IMG/VR virus record: IMGVR_UViG_2534681774_000029
Reading direction: 5' to 3' (one strand)
Origin: a virus
Taxonomy: Duplodnaviria; Heunggongvirae; Uroviricota; Caudoviricetes
Length of the DNA: 31,479 nucleotides
The position numbers and the translations under genes are program-made. Positions 7,891 to 16,645 of this stretch are shown here, piece after piece (the first letter of the stretch is position 1; every line of letters starts with the position of its first letter). The notes beneath the pieces are model-generated. The model saw nothing but the letters and a program-made list of their open reading frames with translations. It was not told where the DNA came from and searched no databases.

Positions 7891-8517
7891 TTAGAGTTCG
7901 TATTGAACTCCTTTGACTACACCAATGATAAGGCAATTACCATTGATAGGGATGTTGGGATACCGAGGATTTAATGGCACTAAAAACTTTTGAGGGCCAT
8001 CGATGACTAATTTTTTTACTGTAGCTTCGTTTGTTCCATCAAGTCGAGCGATGACTATTTTTCCATGACGAGGTTCTGCATCTGGATCTACAATCACTGT
8101 TGCGCCTTCTGGTATTGTTGGGAGGCCATTAGGGTTAGTCATGGAGTCACCTTTAACCTCTAATGCAAATGAGTTATCACCAACCTTTAATGATGTATCT
8201 ACCCACTTGTCCACTTCACTAAACACTTCTGCTGCCCTGCACTCAGTAAACTGCCCAGCCTGAACCCACGATATTACAGGAACTCTGCGCATGTTTGTGA
8301 CGAGTTTGCCTTCAAACTCAGCACCGTAAAGAATGTAATCTATTGACGTATTGAAGAACTTCGCTAATTTCGAAAGTGCCTCCCCGCCAGGGGTATTGAT
8401 GTCTTTCTCCCAGTACCCCACAGCAACGTCGCTTACTCCACAAAATTTACCCAATTCTTTCTGGGACGTTCTGGTAACTCTTCTCAGAGCTTTTATACGC
8501 TGACCAACCGTTTCCAT
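7891..8517 (-). CDS. cI: Prophage repressor CI (helix-turn-helix XRE domain plus S24 LexA-like self-cleaving peptidase domain)
   Basis: 208 aa: N-terminal helix-turn-helix (QKELGKFCGVSDVAVGYWEKDINTP), C-terminal S24 peptidase fold with conserved Ser (GDSM) and Lys (TVKKL). Divergent from cro. Confidence 0.85.
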   Translation of the reverse strand: METVGQRIKALRRVTRTSQKELGKFCGVSDVAVGYWEKDINTPGGEALSKLAKFFNTSIDYILYGAEFEGKLVTNMRRVPVISWVQAGQFTECRAAEVFSEVDKWVDTSLKVGDNSFALEVKGDSMTNPNGLPTIPEGATVIVDPDAEPRHGKIVIARLDGTNEATVKKLVIDGPQKFLVPLNPRYPNIPINGNCLIIGVVKGVQYEL

Positions 8518-8614
8518 AGGAGCACCATTTCTTTAATCGCTAAGTAATCTTAGTTTTTATTGACCAAAGATAGATTTGTAATTAGCATCTAACAAAACTT
8601 AGTTTGGAGGGCGT
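8518..8614. promoter_or_regulatory. oR-like operator and divergent promoter region (pRM/pR) between cI and cro
   Basis: 97-bp intergenic region with repeated operator-like half-palindromes: CTAAGTAATCTTAG, AATCTTAGTTT, AAACTTAGTTT, TAGAT..ATCTA. Confidence 0.5.
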
Positions 8615-8815
8615 ATGACAACTGACGATATCGAAAGCTACTTCGGCAGTATTGAGAAAGTTGCTGCTTTTTTCGGCATAACAACTGAAGCCGTTTATCA
8701 GTGGCGAAACCGTCCGGGCCAGTTAATTCCAAAAGGACGTGCAGCAGAAGCTGCATATAGAACTTGCGGACGGTTGCCATTTAAACCTGAGCTTTATGAA
8801 AAATCTAATGGATAA
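8615..8815 (+). CDS. cro: Cro-like repressor (helix-turn-helix)
   Basis: 66 aa, GGAGGG ribosome-binding site; helix-turn-helix segment VAAFFGITTEAVYQWRNR; first rightward gene opposite cI. Confidence 0.7.
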   Translation: MTTDDIESYFGSIEKVAAFFGITTEAVYQWRNRPGQLIPKGRAAEAAYRTCGRLPFKPELYEKSNG

Positions 8816-9404
8816 ATCGATTAACAGAAACCACAGAACGATGAGGCTAACCGTGGGTAAGCATCACTGGAAAGTAGAAAAACAGCCTGAGTGGTACGTG
8901 AAAGCTGTCAGAAAAACTATCGCAAAGTTGCCGGGTGGTTACGCTGAAGCAGCTGACTGGCTGGATGTAACAGAGAACGCATTATTTAACCGCCTTCGTG
9001 CCGATGGCGATCAGATTTTCCCGCTGGGATGGGCAATGATTTTGCAACGTGCTGGTGGAACTCACTTCATTGCTGACGCAGTGGCGCAGTCTGCAAATGG
9101 CGTCTTTGTGTCTCTTCCTGACGTCGAGGATGTGGACAACGCCGATATTAACCAGCGCCTGCTGGAAGTCATTGAACAGATCGGCAGTTATTCAAAACAG
9201 ATTCGTTCAGCAATTGAAGACGGTGTAGTGGAACCGCATGAGAAGACAGCAATTAACGACGAGCTGTACCTCTCAATTTCGAAGCTGCAGGAGCATGCAG
9301 CACTGGTCTACAAAATTTTTTGCATTTCAGAAAGTAATGACGCCCGCGAGTGTGCAGCTCCGGGCGCCGTGGCGTGTCGTGACTGTGGAGAAACTAACGC
9401 ATGA
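8808..9404 (+). CDS. CII-like / YdaT-like regulatory protein (198 aa)
   Basis: ATG overlaps the cro stop (ATGGATAA). Occupies the cII position; C-terminal Cys pair (ACRDCG). Confidence 0.4.
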   Translation: MDKSINRNHRTMRLTVGKHHWKVEKQPEWYVKAVRKTIAKLPGGYAEAADWLDVTENALFNRLRADGDQIFPLGWAMILQRAGGTHFIADAVAQSANGVFVSLPDVEDVDNADINQRLLEVIEQIGSYSKQIRSAIEDGVVEPHEKTAINDELYLSISKLQEHAALVYKIFCISESNDARECAAPGAVACRDCGETNA

Positions 9405-9759
9405 ACAGTTTAACAACACACTACCGTCGCTCGCAACTGATTGCGCTTCCTGTACCGGGTGGAAAAGCGAAGGTGGAGTATTGCTATGCAGTAAATGTAC
9501 CAGGTGACAGGGAAATTGTAACCCACAGCTTTGCAGAGTGGGCTGTGGGTGATTTCAACCGGCAGAAGGAGACAGTCCTTTGCGACAAGTTAACCGCTGG
9601 TTCAAAGATCACTACGGAGTGCCCGTCAGAGTCATTCGTTGGGAGCCGGAAACACAACGTGTTATCTACCTCCGCGAAGGCTATGAGCATGAGTGCTTCA
9701 GCCCGCTCGAACAGTTTCGTCGTAAATTCAGGGAAATAGAGGTCGGTCATGAGCACTAA
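9401..9759 (+). pseudogene. Small early gene interrupted by an apparent -1 frameshift
   Basis: N-terminal part in one frame ([57 protein letters not shown]) and a protein-like C-terminal part in the -1 frame (...[54 protein letters not shown], stop at 9757-9759), which overlaps the start of the next gene by 11 nt. Confidence 0.4.
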
Positions 9760-10690
9760 ATTAACCGGCTATGTATGGGATGGTTGCGCTGCATCAGGCA
9801 TGAAATTATCCAGCGTGGCAATTATGGCCCGCCTGGCTGATTTCAGTAATGACGAAGGTGTGTGCTGGCCATCAATTGAAACCATTGCCCGCCAGATTGG
9901 CGCGGGGATGAGTACCGTCAGAACGGCTATCGCACGGCTGGAAGCAGAAGGCTGGTTAACGCGTAGGGCGCGTCGCCAGGGTAACCGCAATGCGTCGAAT
10001 GTTTATCAGCTTAACGTTGCGAAGCTTCAGGCAGCGGCATTTTCTCAACTGTCAGATTCTGACCCGTCAAAATCTGACGCATCAAAATCTGACCCGTCAA
10101 AATTTGATGCGTCGAAATCTGGCAAAAAAGCGGGTTTTCACCCGTCAGAATCTGGTGGGGATCCGTCAGTAAAATCAAAACATGATCCGTCAGATAAAAA
10201 AACTTCTCGTCCGGACGCTTCGCAACCGGACACGCAGACGGCTGAACAGGATTTTTTAACTCGCCATCCTGATGCGGTTGTATTCAGCCCTAAAAAGCGC
10301 CAGTGGGGGACGCAGGATGATTTGACCTGCGCACAGTGGCTCTGGAAAAAAATCATCGCCCTGTACGAGCATGCCGCCGAATGTGACGGCGAGGTGGTTC
10401 GTCCCAAAGAACCGAACTGGACAGCCTGGGCAAACGAAATTCGCCTGATGTGTGTGCAGGATGGTCGTACTCATAAACAAATCTGCGAGATGTACAGCCG
10501 CGTCAGTCGCGATCCGTTCTGGTGCCGTAACGTGCTCAGCCCGTCGAAGCTGCGGGAAAAATGGGATGAGCTTTCCCTGCGCTTATCGCCGTCCGTCAGC
10601 ACGTACACCGAAAAACGCGAAGACCCGTACTTCAAAGCCAGTTACGACAACGTGGACTACAGCCAGATCCCGGCAGGATTCAGGGGGTGA
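9749..10690 (+). CDS. Replication initiation protein (O-like; N-terminal helix-turn-helix DNA-binding domain, iteron-containing linker)
   Basis: 313 aa: N-terminal helix-turn-helix (WPSIETIARQIGAGMSTVRTAIARLEAEGWL); central low-complexity linker PSKSDASKSDPSKFDASKSG encoded by the iterons; lies in the O position after cro/cII. Confidence 0.65.
   Translation: MSTKLTGYVWDGCAASGMKLSSVAIMARLADFSNDEGVCWPSIETIARQIGAGMSTVRTAIARLEAEGWLTRRARRQGNRNASNVYQLNVAKLQAAAFSQLSDSDPSKSDASKSDPSKFDASKSGKKAGFHPSESGGDPSVKSKHDPSDKKTSRPDASQPDTQTAEQDFLTRHPDAVVFSPKKRQWGTQDDLTCAQWLWKKIIALYEHAAECDGEVVRPKEPNWTAWANEIRLMCVQDGRTHKQICEMYSRVSRDPFWCRNVLSPSKLREKWDELSLRLSPSVSTYTEKREDPYFKASYDNVDYSQIPAGFRG
10050..10200 (+). repeat. 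Iteron array (candidate phage origin of replication) inside the replication gene
   Basis: At least 6 tandem direct repeats, period about 15 bp: TGTCAGATTCTGAC, CCGTCAAAATCTGAC, GCATCAAAATCTGAC, CCGTCAAAATTTGAT, GCGTCGAAATCTGG, CCGTCAGAATCTGG, then degenerate ATCCGTCAG copies and an A-rich tract. Confidence 0.55.
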
Positions 10691-10692
10691 TC

Positions 10693-11181
10693 ATGAGTCT
10701 TTTGAATGACGTTCAGAAATTCATTGAAGCCCATCCGGGGTGTACTTCCGGAGACATTGCGGATGCTTTTGCAGGTTACTCACGACAGCGCGTTCTGCAG
10801 TCAGCAAGCAAGTTACGTCAGAGTGGGCGTGTGGCTCACCGTTGTGAAGGGGATACACGCAGACATTTCCCGCGGCTGACTGAGATACCGCAGGAGCCGG
10901 AACCGCAACCAGTTCGTGAATCCAGACCTGTGCGCAATTTCTATGTCGGCACTAACGATCCCCGGGTGATTTTGTGCCTGACCCGCCAGGCGGAAGAACT
11001 GGAGTCCAGGGGCTTATACCGTCGTGCTGCAACGGTGTGGATGGCGGCATTCCGTGAAAGCCACTCCCAGCAAGAGCGAAACAATTTTCTTGCGCGTCGT
11101 GAGCGGTGTTTACGGAAAAGCAGCAAGCGCGCTGCATCGGGTGAAGAGTGGTATCTGTCAGGGAATTACGTGGGGGCTTAA
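10693..11181 (+). CDS. Hypothetical protein (162 aa) immediately downstream of the replication initiator
   Basis: ATG at 10693 with AGGGGG ribosome-binding site; N-terminal winged-helix-like segment; stop overlaps the next start (TAATG). No recognisable helicase-loader motifs. Confidence 0.55.
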   Translation: MSLLNDVQKFIEAHPGCTSGDIADAFAGYSRQRVLQSASKLRQSGRVAHRCEGDTRRHFPRLTEIPQEPEPQPVRESRPVRNFYVGTNDPRVILCLTRQAEELESRGLYRRAATVWMAAFRESHSQQERNNFLARRERCLRKSSKRAASGEEWYLSGNYVGA

Positions 11182-11834
11182 TGAGTAATAAATATTGCCA
11201 GGCGCTGGTGGAGCTGCGGAACAAACCAGCCCATGAACTGAAGGAAGTGGGCGATCAGTGGCGCACGCCGGACAACATTTTCTGGGGAATTAACACCCTG
11301 TTTGGCCCGTTTGTTCTGGATCTGTTTACTGATGGTGATAACGCCAAATGCGCCGCGTATTACACTGCGGAAGACAACGCGCTGGCGCATGACTGGTCAG
11401 AACGTCTTGCGGAGCTTAAAGGTGCTGCCTTTGGTAATCCCCCGTACAGCCGCGCCAGTCAGCATGAGGGGCAATACATCACCGGCATGCGTTACATCAT
11501 GAAGCATGCCAGTGCTATGCGTGATAAAGGCGGGCGCTATGTTTTCCTGATCAAAGCTGCCACCAGCGAAGTGTGGTGGCCGGAAGATGCAGACCATATT
11601 GCTTTTATTCGCGGGCGTATTGGTTTTGAACTGCCAGCCTGGTTTATCCCGAAGGACGAGAAGCAGGTGCCGACAGGCGCTTTCTTCGCTGGTGCTATTG
11701 CTGTTTTCGACAAGACCCGGAAGGGACCGGCAATCAGCTACATCGGGCGCGATGAACTTGAGGCATGTGGTGAGGCCTTTCTGGCGCAGGTTCGCCAGCA
11801 GGCGGAAAAACTGGTCAGGGAGATGGCGGCATGA
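11181..11834 (+). CDS. Phage DNA N6-adenine methyltransferase (Dam-like orphan methyltransferase)
   Basis: 217 aa with catalytic NPPY motif (AAFGNPPYSR) and surrounding phage-Dam-like sequence. Confidence 0.8.
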   Translation: MSNKYCQALVELRNKPAHELKEVGDQWRTPDNIFWGINTLFGPFVLDLFTDGDNAKCAAYYTAEDNALAHDWSERLAELKGAAFGNPPYSRASQHEGQYITGMRYIMKHASAMRDKGGRYVFLIKAATSEVWWPEDADHIAFIRGRIGFELPAWFIPKDEKQVPTGAFFAGAIAVFDKTRKGPAISYIGRDELEACGEAFLAQVRQQAEKLVREMAA

Positions 11835-12157
11835 CGACGTTAACTCAATGCCAGCAGCAGGTGCTGGATATGCTGATTTCTTACCAGCAAGAACGTGGCT
11901 TTCCGCCAACCAATCAGGAGGTGGCAACCATGCTGGGATACCGTTCGGTGAATGCAGCGGTGGAGCATCTTCGCGCACTGGAGAAAAAAGGCGTCATCAC
12001 GATAAAGCGTGGCGTGGCCCGGGGGATAACTCTTCATACCGCGGTGAAGGACGACGACAGCGAGGCGGTCGGGATTATCCGCGCACTGCTTGCCGGTGAG
12101 GAAAACGCCAGGCTGCGTGCAGCCCACTGGTTACATGAGAGGGGCCTGAAAGTATGA
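11831..12157 (+). CDS. LexA N-terminal DNA-binding-domain-like protein (108 aa)
   Basis: MTTLTQCQQQVLDMLISYQQERGFPPTNQEVATMLGYRSVNAAVEHLRALEKKGVITIKRGVARGI parallels the LexA winged-helix DNA-binding domain; lacks the peptidase domain. ATGA coupling at both ends. Confidence 0.7.
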   Translation: MTTLTQCQQQVLDMLISYQQERGFPPTNQEVATMLGYRSVNAAVEHLRALEKKGVITIKRGVARGITLHTAVKDDDSEAVGIIRALLAGEENARLRAAHWLHERGLKV

Positions 12158-12543
12158 AGCTGATCTTGCCTTTCCCGCCCAGCGTGAACACGTACTGGCG
12201 ACACCCCAACAAAGGGGCGTTTGCTGGTAAGAGTCTGATAAGCGCAGCGGGGCGCAAATTCCAGAGCGCGGCGTGCGCAGCAATAGTTGAGCAGTTACGT
12301 CGTCTGCCGAAACCAACGTCGGCACCTGCTTCAGTGGAGATCGTGTTGTTTCCTCCGGATAACCGGATCCGCGATCTGGACAACTATAACAAGGCGCTGT
12401 TTGACGCCCTGACCCATGCGGGTGTGTGGGAAGACGACAGTCAGGTGAAAAGAATGCTGGTGGAGTGGGGACCGGTTATCCCGAAAGGGAAGGTCGAGAT
12501 CACTATCAGTAAGTACGAGAAAACGGCGGGTGCAGCCGCCTGA
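12154..12543 (+). CDS. rusA: Holliday junction resolvase RusA
   Basis: 129 aa with RusA hallmarks: LPFPPSVNTYWRH, catalytic DLDNYNKALFDALT, VWEDDSQV. Confidence 0.8.
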   Translation: MKLILPFPPSVNTYWRHPNKGAFAGKSLISAAGRKFQSAACAAIVEQLRRLPKPTSAPASVEIVLFPPDNRIRDLDNYNKALFDALTHAGVWEDDSQVKRMLVEWGPVIPKGKVEITISKYEKTAGAAA

Positions 12544-12562
12544 TCAAGAGGAGAAACGAAGT

Positions 12563-13168
12563 ATGAATAATCTGATGGTCATTGATGGTATTGAAGTTCG
12601 TCGTGATGCTTATGGGCGTTACAGCCTGAACGATCTGCATCGCGCAGCAGTAGCATCTGGTGCAAATGCCAGAACCAAGGAGCCGGGAAAGTTTCTTTCC
12701 AGCCAACAAACTGTTGAGCTTGTTCATGAATTGACCAACACCCAGAATTTGGGTGTTGACCCGGTGAGTGTGATTCATGGGGGAAATGAACGGGGAACGT
12801 ATGTCTGCAAGGAACTGGTGTATGCCTATGCAATGTGGATCAGCCCGTCATTCCATCTGAAGGTGATCCGTACTTTCGATATGGTAACCAGCGCACCGGA
12901 AAAATTATCCGGACAGGCTGCTGACAAGATGCAGGCTGGCGTGATCCTGCTGGACTTTATGCGCCGGGAGTTAAACCTGTCTAACTCTTCAGTGCTTGGT
13001 GCCTGTCAGAAACTCCAGGAGGCTGTTGGCTTACCGAATCTGGCACCGCGCTATGCCATTGATGCTCCTGCTGATGCACACGATGGCTCAAGTCGCCCGA
13101 CACTGTCACTGAGTGCACTGCTGAAACAGTATGGTATACGCCTGACGGCTAATCAGGCATATCACTAG
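12563..13168 (+). CDS. KilA-N-like / anti-repressor-like protein (about 201 aa)
   Basis: ATG 12563 with AGGAGA ribosome-binding site; N-terminal MNNLMVIDGIEVRRDAYGRYSLNDLHRAA resembles KilA-N domains. Family assignment from memory only. Confidence 0.45.
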   Translation: MNNLMVIDGIEVRRDAYGRYSLNDLHRAAVASGANARTKEPGKFLSSQQTVELVHELTNTQNLGVDPVSVIHGGNERGTYVCKELVYAYAMWISPSFHLKVIRTFDMVTSAPEKLSGQAADKMQAGVILLDFMRRELNLSNSSVLGACQKLQEAVGLPNLAPRYAIDAPADAHDGSSRPTLSLSALLKQYGIRLTANQAYH

Positions 13169-13373
13169 ATGGTGAAACTGGGGATCGTCGAGCAGCGCGA
13201 ACGATACAGCCGTACAGCGATTAACAACATCAAAAAATTCTGGTCGCTGACAGCGAAAGGTTGCATGTTCGGCAAGAACATCACCAGTCCCGCAAATCCG
13301 CGCGAGACACAGCCGCATTTCTTCGAATCCCGATTCCCTGAGCTGTTAAAGCTGCTCGATACCGTTCATTGAG

Positions 13374-14369
13374 GTGACCGTGAGAGCACTACTGACCCCT
13401 GAAATTGCCCCGCGTATGGGGATCGTATTGTTCAGGCCAGGTTCAGAGCTGATGCCCCTGTTTATGCAGGGGCGTGTCCTGCTGGAGCCTGAGCCGGAAC
13501 GTTATTCATCTTTCGCCAGTGGTGCCGTTCCGGCGGCATCACAACCGCTGGCGGATGATCCTGCCGTTCGGGCCGTGTTCCGCAATGAGGCAGTGATCCG
13601 TCGTGCTGGTGGCGTGGAATGTCTTGAAAGCTGGTTACTTCGTGAAAAAGGCTGCCAGTGGCCTCATTCCGACTGGCACAGCGAGAACATGACCACAATG
13701 CGACACGCTCCGGGTGCAATCCGTCTGTGCTGGCACTGCGATAACCAGCTGCGCGATCAGTTCACGGAACGGCTGGAATCAATGGCAACGGATAACTGTG
13801 CCCGCTGGGTGTTGTCTGTTGTGCGTCGGGATCTCGGTTTTGATGACAGTCACGTTGTGACAATGCCGGAACTGTGCTGGTGGCTGATTCGTAATGATCT
13901 GGCGGATGCCTTACCGGAAAGTGCAGCCCGTAAGGCACTGAGATTACCGAAGCCTGTTGTGCCGTCTGTTACCCGGGAAAGTGACCTTGTGCCTTCGGTT
14001 CCTGCCACCAGCATCATCCAGGATAAGGCGAAAAAGGTGCTGGCGCTGAAAGTGGATCCGGAGTCGCCGGAGTCTTTTATGTTACGCCCAAAACGTCGCC
14101 GCTGGGTTAATGAAAAGTACACGCGCAGGGTTAAGACACAGCCGTGTGCATGTTGTGGAAAGCCAGCTGATGATCCGCATCATCTGATAGGCCATGGTCA
14201 GGGTGGAATGGGTACAAAAGCGCATGACCTTTTTGTGCTGCCTTTGTGCAGAAAACACCACGACGAACTGCATGCGGATACCGTGGCATTTGAAGAGAAG
14301 TATGGCTCCCAGCTGGAGCTGATATTTCGTTTTATCGATCGCGCACTGGCGATTGGTGTGCTGGCCTGA
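13374..14369 (+). CDS. DUF968-like nin-region protein with C-terminal HNH/zinc-binding-like motif
   Basis: 331 aa; C-terminus [43 protein letters not shown] (Cys/His cluster). GTG start; the precise start is uncertain. Confidence 0.5.
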   Translation: MTVRALLTPEIAPRMGIVLFRPGSELMPLFMQGRVLLEPEPERYSSFASGAVPAASQPLADDPAVRAVFRNEAVIRRAGGVECLESWLLREKGCQWPHSDWHSENMTTMRHAPGAIRLCWHCDNQLRDQFTERLESMATDNCARWVLSVVRRDLGFDDSHVVTMPELCWWLIRNDLADALPESAARKALRLPKPVVPSVTRESDLVPSVPATSIIQDKAKKVLALKVDPESPESFMLRPKRRRWVNEKYTRRVKTQPCACCGKPADDPHHLIGHGQGGMGTKAHDLFVLPLCRKHHDELHADTVAFEEKYGSQLELIFRFIDRALAIGVLA

Positions 14370-14386
14370 TTTTGTGGAGAAAGTTA

Positions 14387-14770
14387 ATGCGTGATATTCA
14401 GATGGTTCTTGAACGTTGGGGAGCGTGGGTGGCTAATAATCATGAAGATGTGACCTGGTCGTCCATTGCCGCCGGTTTTAAGGGATTAATTCCTTCAAAA
14501 GTAAAATCTCGCCCGCAATGTTGTGACGATGACGCGATGATTATTTGCGGGTGCATGGCCCGTCTGAAAAAGAACAACAGCGATTTGCACGATTTATTAG
14601 TAGATTATTATGTAGTCGGTATGACATTCATGTCACTGGCAGGTAAGCATTGCTGCTCTGATGGTTATATCGGGAAAAGGTTACAGAAGGCTGAGGGCAT
14701 AATTGAAGGGATGTTAATGGCATTAGATATCCGGTTAGAGATGGATATCGTTGTTAATAACTCTAATTAA
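14387..14770 (+). CDS. Q: Late-gene antiterminator Q (phage 21/82 / DLP12 QuuD type)
   Basis: 127 aa from ATG 14387 (GGAGAAA ribosome-binding site); Cys-rich zinc-binding region ([12 protein letters not shown]...HCC); sits immediately upstream of the late promoter/terminator region. Confidence 0.7.
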   Translation: MRDIQMVLERWGAWVANNHEDVTWSSIAAGFKGLIPSKVKSRPQCCDDDAMIICGCMARLKKNNSDLHDLLVDYYVVGMTFMSLAGKHCCSDGYIGKRLQKAEGIIEGMLMALDIRLEMDIVVNNSN

Positions 14771-14795
14771 TATGCCAATTGTTTACTGAAAGTTA

Positions 14796-14822
14796 TTAAA
14801 AATGGGGCGTTGCAACGCCCCC
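14796..14822 (-). terminator. GC hairpin with T-run on the minus strand (candidate leftward terminator)
   Basis: GGGGCGT-TGCA-ACGCCCC at 14804-14821; on the minus strand followed by ATTTTTAA. Confidence 0.4.
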
Positions 14823-14911
14823 AAAAATAAAGGGTAATATATAACAGAAGGTTTATATAGTTAGAAGCAAGGTTGTGCTCCTAAAGGAAGTGGCTTGAGG
14901 GAGTCACTTAT

Positions 14912-14950
14912 ATGTTGGGGAGGCAACGCCTCCCGCAACATATCTTTTTC
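14912..14950 (+). terminator. tR'-like intrinsic terminator downstream of Q (also the bidirectional end of the porin gene)
   Basis: ATGTTGGGGAGGC-AAC-GCCTCCCGCAACAT hairpin followed by ATCTTTTT on the + strand, about 140-180 nt downstream of the Q stop, as expected for a short pR' transcript. Confidence 0.45.
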
Positions 14951-14959
14951 GTAATCAGA

Positions 14960-16057
14960 TTAGAACTGGTAAACCAGACCTACAGCAACGATGTCATCAG
15001 TGCTTACACCGAGTGCTTTAGTGAAGTCATTTTTGTCAAGCAGGTTGATTTTGTAATCAACGAAAGTAGACATATTTTTGTTGAAGTAATAGGTTGCACC
15101 TACATCAACATATTTGACTAAGTCCTGATCGCCCCATACTCCAAGATCCTTACCTTTAGATTGCAGGTAAGCAACGGACGGACGCAGACCGAAATCGAAC
15201 TGATATTGTGCAACAGCTTCGAAGTTTTGAGCTTTATTAGCAACGAAGTGATCAGCAAATACAGTCATATTCTGGGTTTCAGAATAGGTAGTGGCCAGGT
15301 AAATGTTGTTAGCGTCATATTTCAGACCTGCGGCCCAAACTTCTGCATTTTTACCGGAAGCAAATACTTCAGGAAGAACTTTCCCTGCATTAACTTGAGT
15401 GTCGGTACGATCAGATTTCGCATAAGTTGCACCGATACCGAATCCTTCGTATTCATAGGTAGCAGAGAAACCGAAGCCATCACCGTTACCTTCGGTGTAG
15501 TTATCGAAATCGCTACGATCGTTTTTGCCTTGGTACTGAGCAGCAAAGTTCAGACCATCAACCAGACCAAAGAAGTCGTTGTTACGATAGGTTGCAACAC
15601 CAGTGGTGCGACCAGTCATGAACACATCTGTTTGGGTCCAGGTATCGCCACCGAATTCTGGCAGAACGTCAGTCCACGCACCGATGTCGTATGCTACACC
15701 GTAGTTACGGCCGTAATCGATTGAGCCGTAGTCACCGAATTTCAGGCCTGCAAATGCAAGACGGGTTTTGTCTTTGGAGGAACCTTGAGATTCAGCGCGG
15801 TTGCCTTTGAATTCATATTCCCACTGACCGAAACCAGTCAGCTGATCGTTGATTTGGGTTTCGCCTTTGAAGCCCAGACGAACATAAGTAGTATCACCAT
15901 CATCTGCATCGTTAGAGGAAAAGTAGTGCTTGGCATTAACTTTCCCGTACAGATCCAGCTTGTTACTGTCTTTATTATAAATTTCAGCTGCCTGAGCAGA
16001 CATCGCCATCAGTACTGATGCAGCTACAGCAGAAATTGCCACTGTTAATTTTTTCAT
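14960..16057 (-). CDS. nmpC: General outer-membrane porin (OmpC/OmpF/NmpC family), prophage-encoded
   Basis: 365 aa; signal peptide [23 protein letters not shown], then [17 protein letters not shown]..., and the C-terminal F of the beta-barrel (..VGLVYQF). Same location (between Q and holin) as nmpC in DLP12. Confidence 0.75.
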   Translation of the reverse strand: MKKLTVAISAVAASVLMAMSAQAAEIYNKDSNKLDLYGKVNAKHYFSSNDADDGDTTYVRLGFKGETQINDQLTGFGQWEYEFKGNRAESQGSSKDKTRLAFAGLKFGDYGSIDYGRNYGVAYDIGAWTDVLPEFGGDTWTQTDVFMTGRTTGVATYRNNDFFGLVDGLNFAAQYQGKNDRSDFDNYTEGNGDGFGFSATYEYEGFGIGATYAKSDRTDTQVNAGKVLPEVFASGKNAEVWAAGLKYDANNIYLATTYSETQNMTVFADHFVANKAQNFEAVAQYQFDFGLRPSVAYLQSKGKDLGVWGDQDLVKYVDVGATYYFNKNMSTFVDYKINLLDKNDFTKALGVSTDDIVAVGLVYQF

Positions 16058-16645
16058 CGTGAGCCCTTTTTTTTGAACTATTATTAAAAAATGATGTCAC
16101 TGCGCGATAAATATTCATCTAATCAATGTGATTATTTCAAGATGTAAGTTTTAGTTTCTCATTTAATTTGTGAAGTAGATCTCTATTTTTATCTGAACTT
16201 TTTCTATCGAAACCTATTTATGGCTCTTATTTGAACAAAAATAAATCTATTAGCTAATTTATATTAATGGCTGTTATTTATGGTGGTTATATAATTCGTC
16301 TGTTTAATTTAAACCGGCTAAAAATAACACTGGAAATTATTTATTGGTTATTTGTTGAGGTTTTCTTATGTATTTGTTGTGATGTTTTGAACACTCGGTA
16401 GCATTCTCATAAATATCATTCAGTGGTTTACGTACGTAAAAAATTGGTTATGCTGTTAAGAGTGGTTACTTCGTCACACAGCTTAAACCCGCCGTCGAGC
16501 TGGTTTTTCCATTTTTTGAGTCTCGATATTAGCTGATAACTCAATACCTGAGTTATTCACTGACTCGGAGTCAGTTACGTTTCTGCTTTTTTGCGATACG
16601 TTGTATTCCCTCAATTTACACCCGCTTTGTCTGCGAGGTGGGGTT
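16058..16645. promoter_or_regulatory. AT-rich regulatory region: porin promoter and region upstream of the lysis cassette
   Basis: About 590 bp of strongly AT-rich non-coding DNA with a perfect palindrome ACTGACTC-G-GAGTCAGT at 16559-16575. Confidence 0.35.

Noticed and set aside
10050-10200. Tandem short repeats that could be mistaken for a CRISPR array
   Set aside because: Repeat units are about 15 bp without unique spacers, lie inside a coding sequence, and encode a repetitive peptide linker. They fit replication-origin iterons, not CRISPR.
13169-13372. 67-aa ORF between the KilA-N-like gene and the DUF968-like gene
   Set aside because: It fills an intergenic gap and could be a genuine small nin-region gene, but it has no clear ribosome-binding site or recognisable features, so it is not reported as a feature.
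14771-14959. Possible tRNA or small RNA gene in the Q-porin intergenic region
   Set aside because: The two hairpins are simple GC stems with flanking A/T runs (terminator-like). No cloverleaf or conserved tRNA motifs were apparent.
15161-15724. 187-aa ORF on the + strand antisense to the porin gene
   Set aside because: It is fully contained within the well-supported porin coding sequence on the opposite strand and has no ribosome-binding site; its translation is not protein-like.
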